A stretch of DNA of 64,000 nucleotides. Origin: the human T2T-CHM13v2.0 reference genome, Homo sapiens. The notes under the pieces are model-generated. The model worked only from the letters and a program-made list of their open reading frames with translations, searched no databases and was not told the DNA's origin. The stretch lies in the NCBI RefSeq assembly GCF_009914755.1, contig NC_060926.1. One strand, written 5' to 3'. A program made the translations under genes and the position numbers. This document shows, in pieces, positions 13,110 through 27,188 of this stretch. The first letter of the stretch is position 1. The number at the start of each line of letters is the position of its first letter.

Positions 13110-13465
13110 GACCCCATTAACCAGACGAGACTGTCGTAAAGTACAAGGTCTCCTTTCATCCGGCGGCTTTGAACCACCACTGGTTGCCCCGGCCAGGCTC
13201 CCCACCTGGAGCCCAGCACACCCTGCACGTCAGGCACCCACCCTGCAAATAAACAGCTAGTAAAAGCGCCCAGGCCAGGAGCATAATGAGCGCCTGGGAC
13301 CTGGGGGGGTTCATTCCCCAGGCTGGAGCCCCAGCCCAGCTGCTCCCACCAGGGGCCGTTTGAACCTCTGGCTCATTACCGAGCCCATAAACCAAGCTGG
13401 CCAGAGGAATGGAGGCTGCTGGCGGGCCATGCAGGCGGGCCTGCGGAGCTGGCCATAAAAGCTCG
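13110..13465. promoter_or_regulatory. Candidate intronic enhancer (posterior HOX/CDX, FOX, TCF motifs)
   Basis: GTCGTAAA 13133, CTTTGAA 13167, AAATAAACA 13247, CATAATGA 13282, TCATTA 13373, CCCATAAA 13384, GGCCATAAAA 13451 in non-repeat, CpG-retaining DNA. Confidence 0.45.
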
Positions 13466-13870
13466 CCAGAGGAGGGAGGCACCTGCAGAAGGGCTGGGGC
13501 CCGGAAAAGGGGGGAGGCACCAGACAGAGGGCTGGAGGTGAGGGGCCAGCTGGAGACCTGAGCCCCTTCCCCAACCCAGGCAGCAGTCCAGGCCGTGGCT
13601 GGGTGCTTTGCACGGGGACTAGTCCTCACGGGGCAGGGGTCATGGTCTTCGGTTCGGGAGCTCACTGGGATTTCCGTGGCCAACCTCTGAGGCTGGGGTG
13701 GCCACACAGCAGGCCCTGGCTGGACAGCAAGGGTGGGTTTACCAGGCATTTGGTGGAGCTTTTCCCCTGCAGAGTTGGGTCCAGGCCCTTGCTCTGACCC
13801 GGCACTCAGGACTTGGCACCCACCATCTGCAGGGTGGTCACACTGTTTCCTGTCCTTGCCACTCACCCAG

Positions 13871-14050
13871 GGGAGAGTTATAGTGAGAAAACAGAGAACA
13901 AGACTGCGCTGGAAAGCCCTAGTGACAGTGCTGTGGGTTGAGTGTGGCTGGACTGAGGGGTGCTCCCCGGCCTCCGCATGTGCAGTCCCACACCGCTCAG
14001 TTGCTCCATGAAGCCTCAGTGGGAGGAAGCCCAAGATGACCTTGTTCCAG
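13871..14050 (+). other. DYSF: Latent pseudoexon PE50.1 (180 nt), non-mutant allele with GC donor
   Basis: Acceptor tcctgtccttgccactcacccag|; end CAG|GCGAGC. Position 14052 = exon 51 -824, matching the recalled c.5668-824C>T variant. Confidence 0.9.
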
Positions 14051-14329
14051 GCGAGCTGGTCTGAGGGAGGTGGGGTGGGGAGAGAAGGGCCCCTCCTCTC
14101 CTTTCAGCAGGAGACGGAACTTCCCAGCACTTCAGGCTTTGGCTTTGCCCTGGGTCAAGCTCTTGGAGTGAAGTTGGGTGGGGTGGAGAGGGAGGAGCTG
14201 GGGTCTAGATTCCAGTGCCAGCTCCTTACAGCAACGTGCTGGGAGATCCTTCTATGACAGCCAGGGTAGGGTGGGGTCCCTCAGGGTCTCAGTTACCCCA
14301 CCCTGACCCTGAGATGCCAGGTACAGAGC

Positions 14330-14690
14330 AAGGTTTAAGGTAGAGAGCAGGACGCTGGAACCCAGCTGCCAGGGTTTGAGTCCAGCTTGCCACTTCCTAG
14401 CTATGTGGTCTTGGACAAATTACTTGCTTTGGTCTCCTCCACTGTAAAGATAGTATCTCCTTTACAGGTGGTTGGAAGGATAAATGAGTTCATAGCAGTA
14501 GAGGGCCAATGCATAGGAAGCACTATATTAATGTTATTATTATTAGTGGTCAGACCTCAGGCACATTCCTTTAACTTCTCCAAGCCTCACCTTCATCATC
14601 TGTAAAATGGGAGTGATAACCTTGACTTACAGAGTTGGGAGGATTAATGGAGCCATCTTATGTGAACTGAGCCTGCACGGTGCCCTTTTG
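14330..14690 (+). mobile_element. Two adjacent MIR fragments
   Basis: gggtttgagtccagcttgccacttcctagctatgtggtcttggacaaattactt; aagcctcaccttcatcatctgtaaaatggg. Confidence 0.7.
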
Positions 14691-14833
14691 GGCCCTTGAA
14701 CACTGCCTTCTGGGATCTGTCCTTCCCAGTCTTCCCACAGGACCTGGCTCTGGCAGGTCCCTTGGGGACATCCTACTCCTCTGCCTCCTCCAGGCAGCCT
14801 TCCAGGCTGGAAGGGAACACTGCCTCTCTCTAA

Positions 14834-14989
<156 letters not shown>

Positions 14990-15613
14990 TAGAATCCCAT
15001 TCTGCACATGGGGGCTGCCCCAGAACCCACACTGTGTGTTTATGCCACTGTTGGACCCTTGGGGAAGCCTAGCAGGAGGAGTGATCCCACTTTCTGCTTT
15101 CAGGGAGCTCAGGGTCATGTGTCCCCAGTGTTAAGTGAGGTGTATGACACACAGCAGTGTCAGAGTGATTGGTGGCCACTGAGGGTGGGCCTGTCAGTAG
15201 AGGTGGCACTGAACACTGGGCCATGTTGGATGATGGGACTCAGATATGTAAGTAAGCGAGGGACGCAAGTGTGTGCTGCCTGTCGCCAGCTGTCTGGCCT
15301 CACATTTGACACAGACTGAGCCCTGTGAGTGAGGGTCTCAAGTCAGTCTTCATCCTTGTGCCTGTGTGACCGACTGAGTGAACAAACCCAGGCTCTATCC
15401 CCATTACCCCCACACAGGGTTCTAGTGGGAAGGGCTGTGATGAAATCTGGGACTGGGGAGCAGGGAGGCTGGGTTGAATGGAAGGTGGTGATGGTGGCCT
15501 TGTAGGGTTAGGATATGGGGACAAGGAGGAAGACATTGTATGGGGCCTGCACGCTCATCTGTGAGAGCAGTGAGTTCAAGATAGCCCTGTCATGGCTATA
15601 AAGGTTAACTCTG

Positions 15614-16017
15614 GAAAATGTGGTCTATCCATACAATGGGAGAGTATTCAGCCATGAAAGCAATGAAATACTGATACATACTACACTGTAGGTGAACCTG
15701 AAAACATGCCAGGTGAAAGCAGCCAGACACAAAAGGTCAAATATTATATGGCTTCATGTATATGAAATGTCCATAATAGGCAAATCCATAGAGACGGAAA
15801 ATAGGTTAGTGGTTGCTAGGGATTGGGGGAGGGGGGATGGGGAGTGACTGTGATGGGTAAGAGGTTTCTTTTTGCGGTGATGGAAAGGTTCTGGAATTAG
15901 ATGGTGGTGAAGGTTGCACAACTCTGTGAATATACTCAAAGGCACTGATTTGTACACTTAAAGTGGTTAAAGTGGTGCATTTATGTGAGGTGGATTTTAC
16001 CTTGATTAAAAAATAAA
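15614..16017 (+). mobile_element. L1MB-type 3' end
   Basis: aaaatgtggtctatccatacaatgg...gccagacacaaaagg...ggttagtggttgctaggg...ggttgcacaactctgtgaatatact...aaaaataaa. Confidence 0.85.
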
Positions 16018-16319
16018 GCGAGCTTGTGAAAACGGCAACCCAGGAAGTCAGGATCCCTGGTTTCTAGATCCATTCTGCCACTTGGGAGCAGGGTGGCCTG
16101 GAGCCCTCTTGGGGTAGCCCTTGACTGGAGAAGGTGAGTCGTTCTTAGCTGAGCCCTGGGGCCCCTGCAGGGGATATTCTGAGGCGCGGCTTCCGGCAGT
16201 GGGGAGAAGGCTGCCTGTTCACTTGACTGTTCCCCCGCCCTGCGCACCTGGCCTGGCCAAATGCCCAGAGAACTTTGTTATAAAAGCATCAGGTGCAAAA
16301 AGCGTGGCACCAAGTTTGA

Positions 16320-17500
16320 CTTCTATTATTTTACTTATTATTTTGTACATAATTCCTGTAGAGGAATTAGAAAATGCAGGTAAGGAATTAGAAAATGCAG
16401 GTAAGCAATGCTTCCTCCCCACCTTAATCTCACCACCCAATTTCTACTAACATTTTGGCATGTATTATTGTATTATATATTATTTGAGACTTAAACAAAC
16501 ATAAGTATTTTATATATGTATTTATATATACACATGTACATGCATACATATATAATATATACATATATTCATATGTATATGAATGGATTTCTATTACACA
16601 GACTGTTTTATATCCTGATTTTTGAAAAACCTAATATTCCAAGAACATCCTTTCTGGTCAGTAGGTATCGATCTGCATTTATATCTCCATCATCACACTT
16701 AATGCCTGCCTATGTTTTGTCATAGACGTGGGCCCTGTTTTGATTAATCCTCTCCTGGTGGGTATTCAGGTCATCTCCAGGTTTCCCAATGTGAGTAACA
16801 CCCTCGGCATATGCACATCCTTCGATCCTTTGTGCATATCTTTCCTTAACTCTGAGAAGTAGATATGTCTTTGTACATTTTAATGGCTTTTGAAACATTT
16901 TGTTCAGTTGCCCTCTAGAAAGGTTTTACTTGTTTATACTCCCACCTGTGCCCTGTTTGTACAGGGTGCCATTTTCCCTAAACTTTTGCTACCACTGTAC
17001 ATTAAAAAAAAATTGCCAATAAGATATTTCCTTTTTATTTGCATTTTTTATTGCATTTAAGGTAGAACTTTAAAATATATTTATTATCCGTATTGTGGAA
17101 TTTTCTTCATGGTTTTGCAATATTCATCTTTTATTATTGATTTTCAGAGCCTTTTATGTATTAAGAATACATTGCAAATAATTTCTCCCAATTTTTCTTA
17201 TGCTTTAAAATTTTTATGGAGACTTTTTTTCTTACAGACTTTGTGAATTTATGGCATCAATCTTTCCTTTATGAAGTGAGGCTTTAGAAAATTAGTTTTT
17301 AAAAGAAAAACAAAAAAAAAACCCTGTGTTTTTTACTGACTGAGTAAATCATGTTCAAAGTAAAGTTAAACAGACTCATCCTTTGTTTTAAAAAATAAAA
17401 CCATTAACGAATACTAGCTTTTATATCCATGAAATTTTTCTTTTCCACCTTCATAATTTGTTTTCTAATTACATAACTTGTGTCTTTTGAATATTTATTA
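16320..17500 (-). mobile_element. Ancient L1ME-type fragments with (TA/CA) simple repeat at about 16505-16580
   Basis: AT-rich; aattagaaaatgcaggtaagc...ttaatctcaccacccaa...taacattttggc; tttatactcccacc. Confidence 0.55.
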
Positions 17501-17598
17501 CTTTTTAATTTTAAAGGTAATGGTTAAGCACCTATAAGCTCACCATCCAGATAGCCTGTGTTTCCTTACAGTCTTTTATGTAGATCATGCTGAGATAA

Positions 17599-17603
17599 TG
17601 TGT

Positions 17604-17634
<31 letters not shown>
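17599..17634 (+). repeat. (TG)n microsatellite
   Basis: tgtgtgtgtatgtgtgtgtg... Confidence 0.95.
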
Positions 17635-18115
17635 GTTTAATATTCTGACATTTGCTTAATATATTGGCACCATATTTCAAATAGAAAATAAACATTCATT
17701 CATCTGCACTGGAGGGATGGAGAAATATATGGGTGGGTGGAGCATAGATGAATGCCGATATACAGTTGAATAAGTGGACAGACAGGTGGAATAATAACCT
17801 GATTAATGGATAGATATAGTGCTTAACAAATGGTAGCTATAGAGGAATGTGGATAGTTAGGTCAAAGCAGACGCACAGATGGAAGGACGGATTGATAAAT
17901 GGATGAGTGGAAAGAAAGAAAACTAGAAAAAGAGTTATATTTAATGTTCGGTTATAGTAACTATGCATTCTACACTGAAAAAAATTGAAACACCTTTGCA
18001 TGGTGTTTGAGAATTTCTTTAATTTGGCTTCAGAAAATAATTTTTCTATTGATCTCTCTTAATCCCTTTGGCAACCTATGCTCCAATCCCATTGACTTTA
18101 TCAGATTATGATTAG

Positions 18116-18198
18116 ATTAGGCGAAACCACATGAAATTGCTGTTTAAATGGGTCAAAGATAGTTAAATACAAGAATTTTCATATGGTTCAACCTAATA
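18116..18198. mobile_element. MADE2-like mariner-derived MITE (about 80 bp, palindromic)
   Basis: TIRs ttaggcgaaaccacatgaaattg ... aattttcatatggttcaacctaata. Confidence 0.8.
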
Positions 18199-18309
18199 GC
18201 TGAAGGTATCCTGGGAGATGATAGATAAAAGGGATGATTAGATAAAACAATAAAAAAAGATGGCTGCTTGGATAACTAGGTGGTAGATGAAAAAGACTGT
18301 TGGATGAAC

Positions 18310-19420
18310 CACAGTGAGGTACCACTTCACACCTACTAAGATAATAGTAATAATAATAGTAATAATAATAAACCAGAATATAGCAAGTGTTTTGAGGATG
18401 TGGAGAAATTGCTGGTGTGCTGGGACATTGGTGGTTTGAGTGTAAAATGATTCGGCTGCTGTGGAAAACTGTTTGGCAGTTCCTTGAAAAGCTGATCATA
18501 GAATTGCTAATGAACAAAGAATCCTACTCCAGGTGTGTGTGTACCCCAAAGAATTGAAAACAGGGACTCAGACATTTGTGTGCTAACGTTCACTGCAACA
18601 TTATTCATAATATGAAGTTAAAAGATGGGAACACCTCAAGTGTCCATCAACAGATGAATGAATGAACAAAGTGTGGTACAGGTTAAATATAACTTATCTG
18701 AAATGCTTGGAACAGAAGTGTTTCAGATTTCTGATGCTTTTTGGATTTTGGAATAATTGCATATACTTAATAAGATATCTTTGGGATAGGACCCAAATCT
18801 AAATACAAAATTTTTTTCATATATACTTTGTAAGCATAGCCTGAAGGGAATTTTATAGAATATTTAAGATAATTTTATGCATGAAACAAAGTTTAAGTAC
18901 GTATGTGTGGAGTTTTCCACTTGTAGCATTATGTTGGCAATCAGAAACTTTCAGACTTTGGAGCATTTCAAATTTCAGATTTTCAGATTATGCATGTTCA
19001 ACCCGTATATGCCTAGAATGGAATCTTACTCAACCATAAAAAAAATACAGATTAAAAAAACACTACTGATATATACAACAAGGATGAACCCTGAAAACAT
19101 TATGGAAATCAAAATAAGCCAGACACAAAAGAACAAATATTGTATGATTCCACTTATATGAAATATCTAGAATAGACAAATTCATAGAGACAGAAAGTAG
19201 ACTAGAGGTTACTGGGGCGAAGGGGAGGGAGGAATGGGGAGTTATTGCTTAATGGGTGCAGAGTTTTTGTTTGGGGGATGGAAAAGTTTTAGAAATAGTA
19301 GTGATGGTTGTACAGCATTGTGGCTGTAATTAAAGCCACTGAATTGTACACTTAACATGGTTAAAATAACAAATTTCATGTTATATGTATTTTACCATGA
19401 TAAAAACAATTAAAAAAAAA
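18310..19420 (+). mobile_element. L1MB-type 3' region interrupted by a Tigger4-family element
   Basis: taccacttcacacctact...gtgtccatcaacagatgaatg...gtgtggta|...|tatgcctagaatggaat...agccagacacaaaag...A-rich end. Confidence 0.8.
18679..19005 (+). mobile_element. Tigger4/MER46-family DNA transposon with TA target-site duplication
   Basis: ta|caggtt...atctgaaatgcttggaacagaagtgtttcagattt ... ttggagcatttcaaatttcagattttcagatta...caacccg|ta. Confidence 0.85.
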
Positions 19421-19663
19421 TTGATGTATGGCTGTTTATAGACGGTGTATGAATGGATTTGTACATAGATGAGTAATTGAAGAGGTGGGTGGCTTTGTTA
19501 AGGGTGAGTAAATAGGAGTGGATGAACATGCATATGAACGCATGAGTAGATGAATGGGAAGCTGTATAGATGGAATGGGAGACAATGGGTAGGGAGGTGG
19601 AGAGTTCGTGAGATTTTACCTGTGGCTCGGCCATGGATAGAAGCTGGTGACAGAGGTGACTGA

Positions 19664-20158
<495 letters not shown>

Positions 20159-20449
20159 TAAACCAAAAGATTACTCTGTTTATACTCTACTCATTGGCTT
20201 TAATAGTGACCTGTGTCCTGGGTTCCCTCTGATCTGGACTTCCTGGGTGAATGGGTGGGGGTCATGCCTCTCCCATTTGAGCAGGACCCGCCAAGGGACC
20301 ATCCTTATTCTGCTCTCTGAGAGGTCTGCTTAGAGGGGTGACTGGAGGGCCCGAGAGAACCGTCCTTCCCCTGAGTCCACAGCAGCCATGGAGAGGAAGT
20401 TAATCCCTGAAAGTTTACTTAGAAATTTCAGGCAGCCAGCCAACCCTGA

Positions 20450-21821
<1,372 letters not shown>

Positions 21822-22019
21822 TGAGCCCCAATGCCCACAGGTCTGGGGGTATAGGCCACAGTCCAGGAGGCATCCCATTGCATGGCCATGTAGAAGTCAC
21901 AAAGCCCACGTGGCTCAGAGAGGGGCACGACTCATCCAAGGCCACACAGTAAGTTAGGGGGAAGGTGATGGGCATCTGTCCAGAGAACACTGGGCTCAGC
22001 GAATTCAAGATGCAGGTGC

Positions 22020-22420
22020 TATTGGGTACCTGTTGGTTGTGTGCCAAGCATGCTATCCTATGCATGTGTACATTGTGCTATGGAACCTTCCCTGCAGGGT
22101 AGTTGTTATTATCCCCATTTTACAGATGAGGAACAATCTCAGCAAAGTTAAATAAGGGCATTCCAGCTAGGACAGTGGTGAAGCAGAAATGCTCTCACCT
22201 GGTCTGATTGGCTCCAGAGCCCGATCAAGGTCTTGACCCTACCAAGCTGCCTTCGGTGGCTCTCCTATGGTGCCAGTGTGACTTTCAAATGGTTTTTCAG
22301 CCTTCATTTTTCCATCTGTGAAATGGGGAGCCCAATCCCTGTCTTCCCTACATCACAGACCTCTTGGGGAGATAGACCAAGCCAATGGATGTAGATGCTG
22401 TGAAGGCAGTTACAGGGGCA
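22020..22420. mobile_element. MIR fragments in opposite orientations
   Basis: attatccccattttacagatgaggaac (minus) and ttttccatctgtgaaatgggg (plus). Confidence 0.65.
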
Positions 22421-23087
22421 GAGTCACTGAAAGATGGCTGTGGGGGCTCAGGAATGTGTTTGCTGGATCCCGCCCCACCAGCCTACTTGGCTCAAGTTGG
22501 ATTTAGCATAGATGGCTCAGTTAGTCACCATGCTGTGATTAGCACCGTGTGCCTGAGTGCCATGGGGCTGGCAGAGCAGTGAGAGGCACCCTTGCCTAAG
22601 GATGCTGGGATCTGCACAGGAAGAAAAGAGAGACCCGTGAGACACCAGTGTGCAATCTGATGTTAACGGGGCCATGATGGAGACCCAGAATCCTCCACGT
22701 ATTTTGAGATGTGGAGCTGGCCTAGGGAAAGGTTTTGAGATTCTTGGTTGTGAGAGAACCAGCTTCCTATGTTCTCTTCCCACCGTTGTTCCCTGAGCAT
22801 GGACTAGCCATGTGCATCTGGGCAGGTGTCTTGGCTTATCTGGGGCTCGGTGGGCTGGAGAGCACTTTGAAGCACTGCCCAGCTCCTAAATCTGCAGTTT
22901 GTGATTAAGTCCTGGGTCAGGAATGGGTGAGGGCACCAAGGAAGGTGTCCTGGAGAGGATGGCAGAGAAACTGGGCCACTGAGGATGCTTAGGGCTTGGC
23001 AGCACCCAGAAGAGGAGGGCAGCACAGGTGGGGGTGATACTGTAGCAAGGGCTTGGGGGAGAGGGAATGCAAGGTGCAAAGGGCTAG

Positions 23088-23414
<327 letters not shown>

Positions 23415-26400
23415 TAATGGGGGAGTTCATCATTGTCCTCAAAGAGCTCTCCCAGTCTAATGGAGAGAAGTAACCTCTGTCCTTGGAGAGCCCCTGGTCT
23501 GATGAGGATACAGAGCCCAGCTCTGGGGAGTCTCCAATCTGGTAGGTGTACAAAGTTCTACCCTTGGAGGCTCTTAGTCCAGTGAGAGAAACTGAGTTCT
23601 TGCCCTTCATGGTGAGACAAAGCTGTCCTCAGCAAGCCCCTAGAATTTGTAATGAAGGGGTTAGGAGAAGATGAGGCCCTTTGGGTTGCGGTGGGCAGGG
23701 GGACTTTCTGGAAGGGAGGTGTGGAACTGGGTCTGAAAGGAAGGTGAGATGTTGATGGCAGAGCAGAGAAGGTCCCTTTGTCTTAACAGCAGTTGCAAAT
23801 CCAGAGGAAGGGAGGAGCTGGGGCTGGGAGAGCATCTCAGGGTCCACCTGAGGCACTCAATAGAGTGTGTCCTGCCTCCTGCAGCAGGTGGGCATAGGGA
23901 AGCTGTCGGGGAGCGGGAGGCTGGCCCAGGAGCCCTTACTTGGCTCGGTGCCCATTTGGGTTTCCTTTCACTTGGTAAGAAGCCAATTGATGAGCTTGTG
24001 GGGCCATACCAGAGGTGGCTGTCGTGCCCTTGCTCTGTGGGGCCCTGCCTGGGGGAGGAAGGTCCCTGCCTGTGCTTCCCCAGCCCGCACAGCTCATCAG
24101 GGAACCCGGATCACCAGGGAGCCTCCCCCAGTGTCTCTGATACTTTAGACCTTGAAGGGGTTGCAGCATTCTCAGGCTGACACCTGATTTCTAATGCTCT
24201 TTAAAATTTAAAAGAAATCTTTTTAATATGAAAACTCCAACCCTATATAAAAGTGGAGAGAATGGTGTAATCCACCCCTTGAGGACCTTATGTTGGTGGC
24301 AAAGACGCAAACACCCAGAGAAGGAAAGGGCCTGGCCGTAGGCTGCACAGTATTCCATGCACACTCCCAATCCAGGGCTCACTGTGATTCCCACTTCAGG
24401 CCTCAGTCCTGGTCAGCACCAGGCCACTGGCCCAGAGCATTGATCCCATGGCAGACAGGCTGCTTGGGGAACTGCCCCCAGGTGAGCTCTTTGCTCTGTG
24501 AGTCCTCCAGGAGGAGGAAAGGGCAAGAGCCCCTCCATCCCACTGCAGCTGGCTATGCCCATGTCTGCAGAATGCATCTCAGAGAGGAAGAGAGTTATAA
24601 CCACACAGCTTTCCATGCAGTTCCTAACAGCTGAACTGAGAGGAGCTGGGGAAAGGATGTCTGGTTTGGATGTCCGGACCAGCTACCATCTGGGCCATAG
24701 TGACTAAGGAGAGTCTAGAACCAGGGTGGTGAAGGGTCTGCCTACAGGCCAGGCCTGCTAAGCTGGCTGTGGTCACCTGAGGCGCAATGGAGAAATGTTT
24801 CTGAGGTTCTGAGGTTTGTCCATCAGCAAAATCTGACTGTGGTCCAGGGTAGATCTAGGTTGCAGGGACTCGAGGTGTGTACGATGTGGGAGGCCTCTTT
24901 AAGCCAAGGGAGACGAGATTACAAATATAAGCTGAGATACAGGACTGTGGAAGAGTGTGTGCACGTGTGGTGTCCTGCAGCATGAGCTGTTGCTGTGACC
25001 TGAGATCCGGGGTCAGGCCCCAGGACTTCTGCCTGGTGTCTCCTGCCCAGGGGGCACCCTTCCCAGCCTGCCTCAAGCTCCTCCTCCCATTTGGAGCCCA
25101 GCTGGCCAGTGTTCAGTTAGCCACAGAGACTCTAAGCACGTGTGTGCGTCTGGGAGGTAAGGGCGTGTTTTGGGGATGAGGGAGAAGAGGATGAGGCCTC
25201 ATGCCACTGGGGAGTGCTCACTTCCCTGGGGAGACATTGAAACCAGAGAGTAAGGAAAAGTACTGTGGATGATCAAATGCTCTTTTGGGAGGCTCAGGCC
25301 GTGGGAGTTTAGGAAGAGAAGAGCTGCTGCAGACCCTCGCCCTTGGTGTAGTCGGAGGACTAGCAGCAGTAGCACCAGGGAACTCACTAGAAACTCAGAG
25401 TCCCCGGCCGGCCCCGGCCTGCTGAGGGGGAATCTGCATGTAGGCACATGATGGTTGGAGAAACCCTGTTGGATGTGACAGAGCTCTGTCGCTGGAGTCA
25501 GGATTATGGACTCTTCCTGTGACCTTGGCAAATCCCTCCTGCTCACATGAGGAAGGGGCTGCACTAGGTTAGCTCTGGCCTTCTGTGGCTGGGACTGTGC
25601 TTAGGGGAGCACTGTCATCTTCCCTGGCTGCTGTATATTAAGCCAAGCCTCCTTCTGAAAAGCCAAGGGGAGGGGAAAGGCAGGTCCAAAGTGGCATCAC
25701 CACCACCCATGACATGCCTAAGCCCAGCCCCTGCCAGCTGCACCCTGCACTGCTAGGCTACTGGGCAGCAGATCTAGGCCTCCAGGGGCCTGGGGAAGGA
25801 GGCCCTGCTGCCTGGCTGGGAGAGGAAGGAAAGATTTCCAGTCACTTCCAGCCTGTGGTCCTTCCTCATCGCTGTGGGCAGAAGCAGAGTGGTACTGTGG
25901 GGGGCCTGGTCAGAGCTCCTCCCTGTCTCCTGTCCCCCCAGCAGCGGGCCACTCTCCTTTGAGTTCTTCTGGAAGTTGTCCTCTTTAAAATATGGACCCT
26001 GCTTCCCCTCTCCCAGGGCTGGTGTGGGGATGTCAGATCCTAGGTAAGGGGTCTAGGGATGAAGGGGGTGGCCTGGGCCTGAGGCTGCAGACTGGCTTTG
26101 CTCACAGGTCTTTGCTACAAGCTGAGCACATCCTGCCTCCTTCCACCCAAGTCACTCATTCATTTGGCCAGTACCAGATGATGAGGGCCGGGCCCTGGTG
26201 ACACTCACCTGGCTTTCAGGCCATGGGACAGAGGCTGCCTGCCCCAAGCCAGGGCCTAGTGGAGAGGGGCCCAAGGACAGGGCAGCTTCCTCCAGTTGGC
26301 CTAATCCCCTACCCTCTTGGAAATTCCCTTGGGAGGGGTATGAGGGGGCAGCCTGTCTGATTCCTCTCAGCTTCCCCCTCAGAGCCAGCCGGGAGCAGGG

Positions 26401-27149
26401 CCAGCGTGGGGAGGCAGGAGGCGTTTGGCGGGGAAGGAGGGCCGGCTCTGTTTCCAGAGTTGGCTTTCCCCAGCCGGCGCTGGGGAACATACTGTCCCAA
26501 TTAGGAGCCCTGTATTGTGTTGTATGTGTTTTCATGGTTTTTGGGGGGAGAAGTGGGGAGGGGAGGATACTGTCAATCCTGCAGCAGGCAGGGCTCAATC
26601 AAGGGTGCCCTGTCTCTAGTGCTGGGCTGTGCCGTGGGTCATCCACGACAGCCCATCCCCAACTCTCTCTCTGCTTTCTGGACAGGGGTGTGATGACCCG
26701 TAAGCCCTGGGCTGCCATGTGGGGGAGGACCCTGGGCCCCACCTTCAGCACCTGTCTGATGGAAGAGGCCAGGTCCAGGGTGCTCAGAGTCCTCTGGGCA
26801 GTCAGCTGGAACCTGGAAATGGGCCTGGCTTGATGGGGGAGAAGACAGAGCAATTTGGGCAGCTTTGGCCCCCAGGTGGGAGGGTGCGGGTGGAGTTTCG
26901 GAGGGTATGGGTTTGCCTGATGGGCTGGAGCACTAGGCAGGGCGGAGTGTTGAGCCCCACATGGTATGGATGGCAAGTGGTGAGGGCGAGGCGTGGGCAG
27001 GTGGTTGAAGAGCCACGAGCGTCCTCTCCCAGCCTCTTGCCTGTTGGCAGCTTAGCCCCATCCTCTGAGCCCCAGGTCTGGGACAGCTGCTCTGGCTGTG
27101 CCTGCCCCAGTGGGATCACCATGGGTCCCTGTCTCCTCCCTCCCTCCAG

Positions 27150-27188
27150 AACTATGCTGCCATGAAGCTGGTGAAGCCCTTCAGCTGA
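27150..27188 (+). CDS. DYSF: DYSF exon 55 coding part: NYAAMKLVKPFS*
   Basis: ctccctccctccag|AACTAT...TTCAGCTGA; stop at 27186-27188. Confidence 0.97.
   Translation, partial: NYAAMKLVKPFS

Noticed and set aside
13156-14034. 292-aa minus-strand ORF, the longest in the track
   Set aside because: Antisense in a GC-rich intron, P/A/G/S-rich with no recognisable domain; such lengths occur by chance at this GC content.
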